DNA from: Patescibacteria group bacterium
Lineage (GTDB): Bacteria; Patescibacteriota; Patescibacteriia; 2-01-FULL-39-33
Reading direction: 5' to 3'
DNA: 32,000 nt
Assembly (NCBI GenBank): GCA_041649575.1
Contig: JBAZMW010000001.1
Location: 120,001-152,000 of the forward strand
Shown: positions 16,534-22,757 of the stretch, one piece after another
How the letters are laid out: each line of letters opens with the position of its first letter
How positions within the stretch are numbered: position 1 is the first letter of the stretch
Notes under the pieces: generated by a model
Seen by the model: only the letters and a program-made list of their open reading frames with translations
Told to the model about the DNA's origin: nothing
Database searches by the model: none
Translations under genes and position numbers: made by a program

Positions 16534-17001
16534 ATGAAAGAGTATAAATCATTTAAGAGAGAAAACTGGATTAATGCTTTTGCTTTTTATTCTCACGAAA
16601 GTCTGGAGGTTTCTAGGATAGCCCATTCGCTCTCAAAAAATACGGTATGCTATCGGTTAGTCTGTGACTCAATAGAATTTTCTTTGAAAGGTTTACTTTG
16701 TTGTTTGGGCTATGAAATTAATTATCTTAAAAATGATTTTGGTCACGATATCTACTCTCTTGCCTCGACTTTATCTGCAGATTGGCTGAAAGTTCGGAAT
16801 GGTAGTTTATTAAAACCCATTGATTTAGAAACAATAAAAAAGGCTTCAGGTTCGTATAAGAATAAAATTTTTCATTATCCCAATGAGTTAGAAAAAGGTA
16901 ATCCAGCTTTTCAAAAATTAGAGAAGGTGGCTGAATTTTTAGTAAAAGAGTTAAGAATCGGGACTATTAATGTCGCACCTGCTGTTTCCGTGGTTAATTA
17001 A
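16534..17001 (+). CDS. AT-rich orphan gene encoding a HEPN-domain-like protein
   Basis: Start at ATG 16534 (MKEYKSF). The core SIEFSLKGLLCCLGYEINYLKNDFGHDIYSLASTL matches the HEPN helix pattern E--LK-LL---G------H-L--L. The C-terminal YKNKIFHYPNE resembles the ...RYP motif. Local GC is 14/60 at 16681-16740. Confidence 0.45.
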   Translation: MKEYKSFKRENWINAFAFYSHESLEVSRIAHSLSKNTVCYRLVCDSIEFSLKGLLCCLGYEINYLKNDFGHDIYSLASTLSADWLKVRNGSLLKPIDLETIKKASGSYKNKIFHYPNELEKGNPAFQKLEKVAEFLVKELRIGTINVAPAVSVVN

Positions 17002-17009
17002 AATAGGTC

Positions 17010-17038
17010 TTGACAAGAGATAAATAATTTATTAAGAT
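17010..17038 (+). promoter_or_regulatory. Candidate strong promoter driving a short transcript
   Basis: TTGACA (17010-17015), 17 nt, TAAGAT (17033-17038). A terminator follows about 180 nt downstream. Confidence 0.5.
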
Positions 17039-17095
17039 AATAAGTCCTACAATGGCGTAGGCGTACAATAGTCAACAACAAAGAGGAGAACAACG

Positions 17096-17197
17096 GTGAA
17101 CATTCTGCAAGAGATTTTGGAAGGATCAGCGGCGGTGAAGCCGGAGACCGTGACGAAACACAGCCCTGACGTTAAGGTGGGCCTCGATTTTTTTTAA
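17096..17197 (+). CDS. 33-codon ORF (VNILQEILEGSAAVKPETVTKHSPDVKVGLDFF); a small peptide or the 5' stump of a foreign gene
   Basis: GTG start preceded by AAGAGGAGAACAACG. The ORF is GC-richer than its surroundings and stops as soon as it reaches a T-tract. It is below the ORF-track length cutoff and I found it by reading. Confidence 0.3.
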   Translation: MNILQEILEGSAAVKPETVTKHSPDVKVGLDFF

Positions 17198-17214
17198 CAA
17201 AGATTTTTAGATAA

Positions 17215-17243
17215 AAAACATCCCCCTTGATGGGGGATGTTTT
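17215..17243. terminator. Bidirectional rho-independent terminator (serves rpmA and the short plus-strand transcript)
   Basis: Perfect 12-bp stem AAAACATCCCCC (17215-17226), TTGAT loop, GGGGGATGTTTT (17232-17243). Confidence 0.75.
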
Positions 17244-17255
17244 AATAAAACTAAT

Positions 17256-17528
17256 TTATTCGACGCTGACCATTTGCGCATATTGCAGCCGGCCGTCATA
17301 TTTTTTAATTTTCTTTTTGGTAAATTTGACCAGGCCGACGGCGGTGGCAAAAACAGTGTCGTCTTTGCCGATTTTGGTATTTTTTCCGGCGCGATAGCGG
17401 GTGCCCCGCTGACGGACAATAATGGAGCCGGCCTTGGCCTGCTCGCCGCCGTAAAGCTTGATGCCCAGCCGCTGGGCATTGGAGTCGCGGCCGAGACGAG
17501 TACTGCCGCCAGCTTTCTTATGAGCCAT
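17256..17528 (-). CDS. rpmA: 50S ribosomal protein L27
   Basis: [50 protein letters not shown] is the canonical L27 sequence. There is no Prp-type N-terminal propeptide. Confidence 0.95.
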   Translation of the reverse strand: MAHKKAGGSTRLGRDSNAQRLGIKLYGGEQAKAGSIIVRQRGTRYRAGKNTKIGKDDTVFATAVGLVKFTKKKIKKYDGRLQYAQMVSVE

Positions 17529-17566
17529 ATTTTGAGATTATTAATACTTAAAGTTTAGTAATTAGG

Positions 17567-17595
17567 ATTGTAATATATTATTATTTTTTTGTCAA
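17567..17595 (-). promoter_or_regulatory. rpmA promoter
   Basis: On the minus strand: TTGACA (17595-17590), exactly 17 nt, TACAAT (17572-17567). It lies 39 nt upstream of the ATG. Confidence 0.55.
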
Positions 17596-17597
17596 TA

Positions 17598-17653
17598 AAA
17601 ATGGTTTGACCGGGGCCGTCCTAGCGCTGTGTAGCGTTGGGTTGGTCCCGGTC
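17598..17653 (-). terminator. Nested GC-rich hairpin downstream of the 70-aa ORF (likely terminator)
   Basis: Outer stem 17608-17617 (GACCGGGGCC) pairs with 17644-17653 (GGTCCCGGTC). Inner stem 17623-17628 pairs with 17633-17638. On the minus strand it is followed by AAACCAUUUUUAUU. Confidence 0.45.
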
Positions 17654-17675
17654 TGGGCGTAAGGTGCGACATGGG

Positions 17676-17888
17676 TCAGTTCTCCTTCAGGCAGATGTCA
17701 GGTTTCATTCTGGCCAACGCAAAGCCGTCCAATATGGCATCTCGCGGCACTCGCATGGCTTGAAGCGCTTGGACCACTGCATCGGGGTTGAAGTTGCTTC
17801 GCAGGACAATCCTGACCTTCTCTGAGGGAGGCAGCCCCCTCCGGCCCCGCCAGATATTTCTGACAAACTCTTCTGCCGTCTGCGGCAT
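17676..17888 (-). CDS. 70-aa hypothetical protein; weak resemblance to IS3/IS66 OrfA-type HTH (HTH_Tnp_1) accessory proteins
   Basis: ATG preceded by GAAAGGAGGTGATCGGTC, a full anti-SD complement. Product: MPQTAEEFVRNIWRGRRGLPPSEKVRIVLRSNFNPDAVVQALQAMRVPRDAILDGFALARMKPDICLKEN. The family resemblance is from memory of the pattern RR--S-E-K-RIV plus an HTH. Confidence 0.5.
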   Translation of the reverse strand: MPQTAEEFVRNIWRGRRGLPPSEKVRIVLRSNFNPDAVVQALQAMRVPRDAILDGFALARMKPDICLKEN

Positions 17889-17940
17889 GACCGATCACCT
17901 CCTTTCTTGTCAGATTTCCGATCTGGGCTCGGATGTCAAT

Positions 17941-17969
17941 ATCATAAATATTTTTTAAGCATTAGTCAA
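17941..17969 (-). promoter_or_regulatory. Candidate promoter reading into island 2
   Basis: On the minus strand: TTGACT (17969-17964), 17 nt, TATGAT (17946-17941). It lies in native-looking AT-rich DNA. Confidence 0.4.
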
Positions 17970-18018
17970 GTGCTGGCGGTTTTGTTATAATAAATACAGA
18001 ATTAATAATTTTATTTTT

Positions 18019-18663
18019 ATGAAAAAAATCGGTCAGCTTTTATTTTTATTGCTATTAACTTTGCCTTTGGCCGGTTGTTTGAATAATCTCTCAAAGGAGA
18101 ATCGGCTGGTGGATACCCCGGACAACAAAACAAAAAATAGCAATCAGCAGCTTAACCGGGAAATCGACGCTCCAAGCAATATTAATATTAATACCAATAT
18201 TAATACCAACACAACAGTAAAAAAATTTTACCCCGATGCCGGTTTGGCCAAGAGCGGACAGACAACCAATCAAGATTCACAAAACCAGTCAAAAAAGAAT
18301 TTTATTATCACCCAAGAGCTGCAGGTCAAGTTTTATTTAGTTGACAAATATAATCCCGGCACTTGTTATGGCCTGCCCGGGCCGGTACCTGCCGAAGCAA
18401 TCGCTGGCATGATTGGCCGCAATCCGGAGTTGGCAGAACTGGTAAGGTCAAAATACAATCTGACTGCCGATTTGGATGTTTATAATAAAATCAAGCAGCT
18501 TAACGGCATTCAGCTGGAAAAATTGGCCGGCGGCAAATATCAGTTTGACTTTACCGATGGCCAGTGCTGTATTTTGAAAGCTTATGAAGGGGAGGTGACA
18601 ATCGTCGGACAGACCATTAGTGACACAATTACTAAACAAGACAGCAAACAGAACCCATGTTAG
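18019..18663 (+). CDS. Lipoprotein of unknown function with an N/T-rich linker
   Basis: MKKIGQLLFLLLLTLPLAGC (lipobox LAGC). Low-complexity SNININTNINTNTT. The Cys-containing C-terminal domain has PGTCYG, DGQCCIL and NPC. Confidence 0.65.
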   Translation: MKKIGQLLFLLLLTLPLAGCLNNLSKENRLVDTPDNKTKNSNQQLNREIDAPSNININTNINTNTTVKKFYPDAGLAKSGQTTNQDSQNQSKKNFIITQELQVKFYLVDKYNPGTCYGLPGPVPAEAIAGMIGRNPELAELVRSKYNLTADLDVYNKIKQLNGIQLEKLAGGKYQFDFTDGQCCILKAYEGEVTIVGQTISDTITKQDSKQNPC

Positions 18664-19478
18664 GAAAATTTTCAATTAAACATAGGCCACCATTTTTGTT
18701 GTTGGGCGGGATTCTTATTTTGGTTTTGGCTGGCTGCCAGGGCGGAGCCAAGCTGATAAATATTAATATTGATAGTGAAGCCGAGGTCGCTACCGCAACT
18801 GTAAAAAAGATTGAAGCGACCAGCTCGCCGGAAGCCAAAACAGCAGAAAAGATTAAGGCGCCAATCGTCCCCGCTACCAACCTAAAACAAGTTTTATCCA
18901 AACTGGAGCTGCCGGTATTATTCGCCCAGCAAGCGCCTTTTGCCAATTGGGACGCCCTGCACGAAGAGGCTTGCGAAGAGGCAGCGATGATTATTGTCGC
19001 CAAATATTTTTTACACCAGCCGCTGAATGAGACAATCATGGAACAGGAAATACAAAAGCTGGTAAAATGGGAAAAAGAGCGAGGATACGAAGTCGACTTG
19101 ACGGCGCAGGAAACAGTTGAAATTTTGCAAACACTTTTTGGATTAAAAACTGAAGTCAGTCAGGAAGTGACGGTTGATCAAATCAAATATGAGTTGTCTC
19201 AAGGCAATTTAATAATTGTGCCGGCTGCCGGACGAGAGCTTAATAATCCTAATTTCAAGCAGCCAGGACCGATTTATCATATGTTGGTTATTAAAGGTTA
19301 TAATGACCAGGAATTCATTACTAACGACCCGGGCACCAGAAAGGGCAACGGCTGGAAATACAAATATAGTCAGCTGTTGGATTCCGTTCATGATTGGAAT
19401 CATGATTTGGCCAAAGACGGCTTGACCAATCAGGAGATGGCTCAGGGAGAAAGAGTGATGGTTATCGTTAGAAAATAA
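18657..19478 (+). CDS. Lipoprotein with a C39-like (YvpB-type) papain-fold peptidase domain
   Basis: LILVLAGCQGG lipobox. FAQQAPFANWDALHEEACEEAAMIIVAKYF is the Cys region; YHMLVIKGY the His region; FITNDPG the Asp region. It overlaps the upstream gene by 7 nt. Confidence 0.6.
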   Translation: MLGKFSIKHRPPFLLLGGILILVLAGCQGGAKLININIDSEAEVATATVKKIEATSSPEAKTAEKIKAPIVPATNLKQVLSKLELPVLFAQQAPFANWDALHEEACEEAAMIIVAKYFLHQPLNETIMEQEIQKLVKWEKERGYEVDLTAQETVEILQTLFGLKTEVSQEVTVDQIKYELSQGNLIIVPAAGRELNNPNFKQPGPIYHMLVIKGYNDQEFITNDPGTRKGNGWKYKYSQLLDSVHDWNHDLAKDGLTNQEMAQGERVMVIVRK

Positions 19479-19500
19479 TTTTTGACTTATCCACAACAGG

Positions 19501-19522
19501 TGGGTTGACACCCATTTTTTTT
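19501..19522 (+). terminator. Weak rho-independent terminator after the lipoprotein pair
   Basis: TGGGT, TGAC loop, ACCCA, followed by T8 (19515-19522). The stem is only 5 bp. Confidence 0.4.
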
Positions 19523-19533
19523 ATTGATAAATT
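19505..19533 (+). promoter_or_regulatory. Candidate promoter of the Rrf2-iscU-nfu-iscS operon
   Basis: TTGACA (19505-19510), 17 nt, TAAATT (19528-19533). Confidence 0.4.
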
Positions 19534-19540
19534 AATAAAA

Positions 19541-19557
19541 CCTAGTAATTTAGTAGG
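19541..19557. promoter_or_regulatory. Imperfect palindrome; candidate Rrf2/IscR-type operator
   Basis: CCTAGTAATTTAGTAGG is symmetric at 14 of 17 positions. It lies between the -10 and the Rrf2 start codon. As I recall the IscR type-1 core (YYGACTRWWWYAGTCRR), it matches 14 of 17 positions. Confidence 0.35.
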
Positions 19558-19563
19558 AGTTAT

Positions 19564-19965
19564 ATGATGTTTACCACCAAAACCGAGTATGGGCTTCGTG
19601 CTATGGTCTCTCTGGCCAAAAATAAAGGCAAGAAGCCGTTGTCTTTGGCGCAGATAGCCAAAAGCAACCACATTTCCCAAGCTTACCTGGAGCAGTTATT
19701 TGCCAAATTAAAAGCCAATGATTTGGTAAAAAGCTCCAAGGGGGTGGAAGGTGGTTATGTGCTTTATCGGCCAGCCAGTAAAATCAATGTTTTTGAAATC
19801 GTGGAGGCGCTGGAGGGGCCGCTGGCGGTTTTTTATTGCATGTCCGGCGAACAAAAAAAAGCGGTTTGCTCGATCAAAGACTGCCTGACTAAAAAAATTT
19901 GGAGCGAGCTTCAGCGCAATATTATCAAAACCTTAAGAAGATTTAGCTTGGCAGATTTAATTTAA
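19564..19965 (+). CDS. Rrf2-family transcriptional regulator (IscR-like, with a three-Cys cluster)
   Basis: MMFTTKTEYGLRAMVSLA, SLAQIAKSNHISQAYLEQLFAKLKANDLV (winged HTH), and YCMSGEQKKAVCSIKDC as potential Fe-S ligands. Confidence 0.85.
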   Translation: MMFTTKTEYGLRAMVSLAKNKGKKPLSLAQIAKSNHISQAYLEQLFAKLKANDLVKSSKGVEGGYVLYRPASKINVFEIVEALEGPLAVFYCMSGEQKKAVCSIKDCLTKKIWSELQRNIIKTLRRFSLADLI

Positions 19966-19984
19966 AAATAAAAATTAACACTTT

Positions 19985-20365
19985 ATGTATAACGAAAAAG
20001 TTTTACAACATTTTAAAAATCCCCACAACCAAGGAATGATCAAGGGGGCCGATGGCGTAGGGCAGGTGGGCAATCCGGTTTGCGGCGACATCATGAAAAT
20101 TTATATCAAGGTGGGTAAGAACAAGCGGGGAGAGGAAATAATCGAAGATATTAAATTTGAGACCCTGGGTTGCGGTGCAGCCATCGCCACTTCCTCGATG
20201 CTGACGGATATGGTCAAAGGCAAAACAATCAGTGAGTCGCTGAAAATCGGCAAGCTGGATATTGCCAAAGAATTGGGAGGCTTGCCGGAGGCTAAACTGC
20301 ATTGTTCGGTTTTGGCGCATGAAGGCTTGGCTGAAGCAGTTAAAAATTATAGAAATAAAAAATAA
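19985..20365 (+). CDS. iscU: Fe-S cluster assembly scaffold IscU/NifU N-terminal type
   Basis: GNPVCGDIMKIY, LGCGAAIATSS and KLHCSVLA carry the three conserved Cys motifs. Confidence 0.9.
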   Translation: MYNEKVLQHFKNPHNQGMIKGADGVGQVGNPVCGDIMKIYIKVGKNKRGEEIIEDIKFETLGCGAAIATSSMLTDMVKGKTISESLKIGKLDIAKELGGLPEAKLHCSVLAHEGLAEAVKNYRNKK

Positions 20366-20366
20366 T

Positions 20367-20591
20367 ATGGAAAAAAAAATAAAAGAGGAGTTAGAAAAAA
20401 TCCGTCCGTATCTGCAAATGGATGGCGGTGATGTCGAGTTTGTTTCTTTTGATGAAGCGACTGGTTTGCTAAGAATTAGAATGATGGGCGCTTGCGCGCA
20501 TTGCCCGATGTCGCAGGTGACTCTAGGTGAAGGCATTAGGCGGACTATTAAAGAGGCAATAAAAGAGGTAAAAGAGGTGGAGGCGGTTTAA
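20367..20591 (+). CDS. NifU C-terminal (Nfu-type) Fe-S carrier domain protein
   Basis: Start at ATG 20367, 1 nt after the iscU stop. IRPYLQMDGGDVEFV and GACAHCPMS (CxxC). Confidence 0.85.
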   Translation: MEKKIKEELEKIRPYLQMDGGDVEFVSFDEATGLLRIRMMGACAHCPMSQVTLGEGIRRTIKEAIKEVKEVEAV

Positions 20592-20600
20592 AAATATTAT

Positions 20601-21806
20601 ATGGAAGATAAAAAAAATATTTATTTAGATAATGCGGCCACCACTAAAGTGGACCGGCGTGTGCTGGAGGCAATGCGGCCGTATTTTAGTGAGCAATATG
20701 GTAATGCCTCTTCTTTGCATCAGCCGGGCCTGGACGCCAGAGTGGCAGTAGACAGGGCTCAAGCCAAAATTGCCAGTTTTTTGGGCTGCCAGAAAGAGGA
20801 GGTATATTTTACCTCCGGCGCTACGGAAAGCGATAATATGGCAATTTTGGGCCTTATAAGAGCTCTAGACGGCCAGGCGCAGAAAAAATCGCATTTAATC
20901 GTTTCAAAAATAGAACATGATGCCATTCTCGAGCCGGCCAAACAATTAGCCAAGGAAGGCGTTGAGGTCACCTTTTTGCCGGTCAATAAAAAAGGACTGG
21001 TAGAGGTGGAGCAGTTAAGGCGAGCCGTTAAAGTAAACACAGTCCTGGTTTCTATAATGTATGTCAACAACGAGCTGGGCACGATTCAACCAATAAAAGA
21101 GATCGGCCAGTTAATCGGTCGGCTAAATAAAAAAAGAGGAGCTGGTAAGAATAAAATTTATTTTCACACCGACGCGGTGCAAGCCTTAAGCTATTGCGAT
21201 TGTCAGGTGGAAAAATTAGGCGTTGACTTATTGTCTTTGTCGGGGCATAAAATTTATGGCCCCAAAGGAGTGGGAGCGATTTATATTAGACGGGGCACGC
21301 CGCTTAAGCCGCTGTTGTTTGGCGGGCACCAGCAAGAAGGAGTGCGTTCCGGCACCTATAATGTGCCGTCCATAGTCGGGCTGGGTCGGGCGGTGGAACT
21401 TTTGCTGGATGAAAGAAAATTAAAAACGGAAAACGAGAGAATAAAAAAATTAAGAGACTCCTTGATTAAAGGGGTTAGGGCCAAGGTGAGTGGAATTTTG
21501 ATTAATGGTGATTTGGCAAAAAGAGTTCCTAGTAATGCCAGCTTTATTTTCAAGGGCGTGGAAGGGGAGAGCGTGGTTTTGCTGCTTTCGGAAAAAGGCA
21601 TAGCCGTTTCCACTGGCTCGGCCTGTTCTTCTGGGTCGCTGGAGCCCAGCCATGTCCTTAAAGCGCTGGGAATAAAGCCAGAATTAGCCCACGGCAGTTT
21701 GCGAGTGACTTTGGGAAGATTTACCAGCCAAAAAGATATCAGAAAATTTTTAAAGGAGTTACCGTCGGCAGTCGCCAGACTAAGAAAAATTTCACCGTTT
21801 AAATAA
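20601..21806 (+). CDS. iscS: Class I cysteine desulfurase (IscS/NifS)
   Basis: IYLDNAATT, SGATESDN, SGHKIYGPKGVGAIYIR (PLP Lys) and GSACSSGSLEPSHVL (active-site Cys). Confidence 0.9.
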   Translation: MEDKKNIYLDNAATTKVDRRVLEAMRPYFSEQYGNASSLHQPGLDARVAVDRAQAKIASFLGCQKEEVYFTSGATESDNMAILGLIRALDGQAQKKSHLIVSKIEHDAILEPAKQLAKEGVEVTFLPVNKKGLVEVEQLRRAVKVNTVLVSIMYVNNELGTIQPIKEIGQLIGRLNKKRGAGKNKIYFHTDAVQALSYCDCQVEKLGVDLLSLSGHKIYGPKGVGAIYIRRGTPLKPLLFGGHQQEGVRSGTYNVPSIVGLGRAVELLLDERKLKTENERIKKLRDSLIKGVRAKVSGILINGDLAKRVPSNASFIFKGVEGESVVLLLSEKGIAVSTGSACSSGSLEPSHVLKALGIKPELAHGSLRVTLGRFTSQKDIRKFLKELPSAVARLRKISPFK

Positions 21807-21814
21807 AATTTTTT

Positions 21815-21845
21815 AAAAGAAAGCCAGCTTGACTGGCTTTCTTTT
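21815..21845. terminator. Bidirectional rho-independent terminator (ends the isc operon and the pilus operon)
   Basis: Perfect 13-bp stem AAAAGAAAGCCAG (21815-21827), CTTGA loop, CTGGCTTTCTTTT (21833-21845). Confidence 0.75.
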
Positions 21846-21876
21846 TAGTTGAGCTGTTAAATTGTTTACTGGCGGC

Positions 21877-22218
21877 CTAAGGTTTGGTAGAGGTGGCAAA
21901 AGTGGAAGTGGCTTTCGTGGAAGCGAGAGAAAAGCTAAATGGATCACGAGGATTGACTAAATTGGTGGTCGGCTTGGTTTTTTCTGCTAAATTTTTGATG
22001 GTTTGTTGAAACCTTTCTTTCTCCAGGTTTTCTTCCAGAACCTGTTGTTTTAGTTGAGTGAGGATTTCGGCTTGGGCGATTGCTCGATAAACATTTTTGT
22101 AAAGAAACGAAAAAACTAGCCCTAAGATAATAATAATAATTACAATTATAGCGGGATAAAGGTATTTAATTAGGGGAAAGATGCTCGGCCGGAAAGGCAA
22201 TTTTTTATTATTGGACAT
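21877..22218 (-). CDS. Small single-pass membrane protein, last gene of the pilus operon
   Basis: 113 aa. TM helix (YPAIIVIIIIILGLVFSFL), a coiled-coil-like segment and an S/T-rich tail. It starts 5 nt after the pilO stop. Confidence 0.5.
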   Translation of the reverse strand: MSNNKKLPFRPSIFPLIKYLYPAIIVIIIIILGLVFSFLYKNVYRAIAQAEILTQLKQQVLEENLEKERFQQTIKNLAEKTKPTTNLVNPRDPFSFSLASTKATSTFATSTKP

Positions 22219-22223
22219 GATTT

Positions 22224-22757
22224 TTATTTTAGATAAACAGAACCGATTAATTGGAGGGTAATATTTTGATTGGCGTTTTTACTATTGGTCGAAGCTAGCA
22301 GCAGGTCCAGATTGTAGTAGTATGGCAAGTTTTCAACAGACCGCAGAAAACCCAGTAATTGGGGATACTCGCCAACCAAATTAATTTGCAAAGGAATCTG
22401 TTTGATGCCATCACCCAAATCTTTGCCATCAAGGTCGGGATTAAGGTTGATAAGCAGTCCATTTTGACTAGCCAGATTTTCTAACTGGGTAAAGAATTCC
22501 AATTCATGATTTTTTTTGACAAAAACCGATTCTAGCTGATTGATCGTTTCTTTGATTTCTGTCAAATCAGTTTTAATTTTACGCAGGTTCATTCCTGAAT
22601 TTAATTTTTGTTCCAATTTCAGTCTCTCGGAAGTTATCTCCTGGTTGATTTTGCTGATTTCGATGAAGTTGGGATAAATAATAAAGGCCGCCACTGCCAA
22701 AAGGACAATGACAACCGAGCCGATAGTTATAAAGTTTTTATTTTTTCGGTAATCCAT
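22224..22757 (-). CDS. pilO: Type IV pilus assembly protein PilO (GspM-like)
   Basis: 177 aa. N-terminal TM helix, coiled coil, then the ferredoxin-like C-terminus (IPLQINLVGEYPQLLGFLRSVENLP). Overlaps pilN by 20 nt. Confidence 0.65.
   Translation of the reverse strand: MDYRKNKNFITIGSVVIVLLAVAAFIIYPNFIEISKINQEITSERLKLEQKLNSGMNLRKIKTDLTEIKETINQLESVFVKKNHELEFFTQLENLASQNGLLINLNPDLDGKDLGDGIKQIPLQINLVGEYPQLLGFLRSVENLPYYYNLDLLLASTNSKNANQNITLQLIGSVYLK

Larger units (their letters stand above)
17598..17933. other. Compositionally atypical patch (island 2) inserted upstream of the rpmA promoter; possible mobile-element remnant
   Basis: 35/60 GC at 17641-17700, inside an AT-rich intergenic region. 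Flanked by the exact 8-mer TGTCAATA at 17590-17597 and 17934-17941. Contains one SD-led ORF plus a truncated coupled ORF. Confidence 0.45.

Noticed and set aside
17117-17135. GGAAGGATCAGCGGCGGTG, superficially similar to the SRP RNA GGAAGGAAGCAGC motif
   Set aside because: The surrounding sequence cannot form the helix 8 hairpin with a GNRA tetraloop, and the rest of the 4.5S consensus is absent.
17592-17672. 26-codon ORF (MSHLTPRPGPTQRYTALGRPRSNHFY) coupled to the 70-aa gene
   Set aside because: It is not accepted as a functional gene. It runs through the terminator-like hairpin and ends inside the rpmA -35 box. I kept it only as evidence of a truncated downstream gene.
17637-17898. Competing ORFs in island 2 (17637-17825 plus, 17698-17898 minus)
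   Set aside because: Neither has an SD or a sensible start context. The 17676-17888 frame has a perfect SD at optimal spacing.
18178-18207. Short tandem AT-rich repeat (AATATTAATACC x2), considered as a possible CRISPR or repeat element
   Set aside because: It lies inside a coding region and encodes the NINTNINT linker. There are only two units and no spacers. I noted it only as a possible length-variable linker.
19487-19495. Perfect DnaA-box consensus TTATCCACA
   Set aside because: It is a single copy. No cluster of boxes, AT-rich unwinding element or dnaA/dnaN is nearby. One perfect 9-mer in 64 kb of two-strand sequence is not unlikely by chance (expected about 0.24), so this is not an origin call.
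20003-20536. 177-aa minus-strand ORF
   Set aside because: It lies antisense to iscU and the Nfu-domain gene, both strongly supported by conserved Cys motifs. It has no start context and no motifs.
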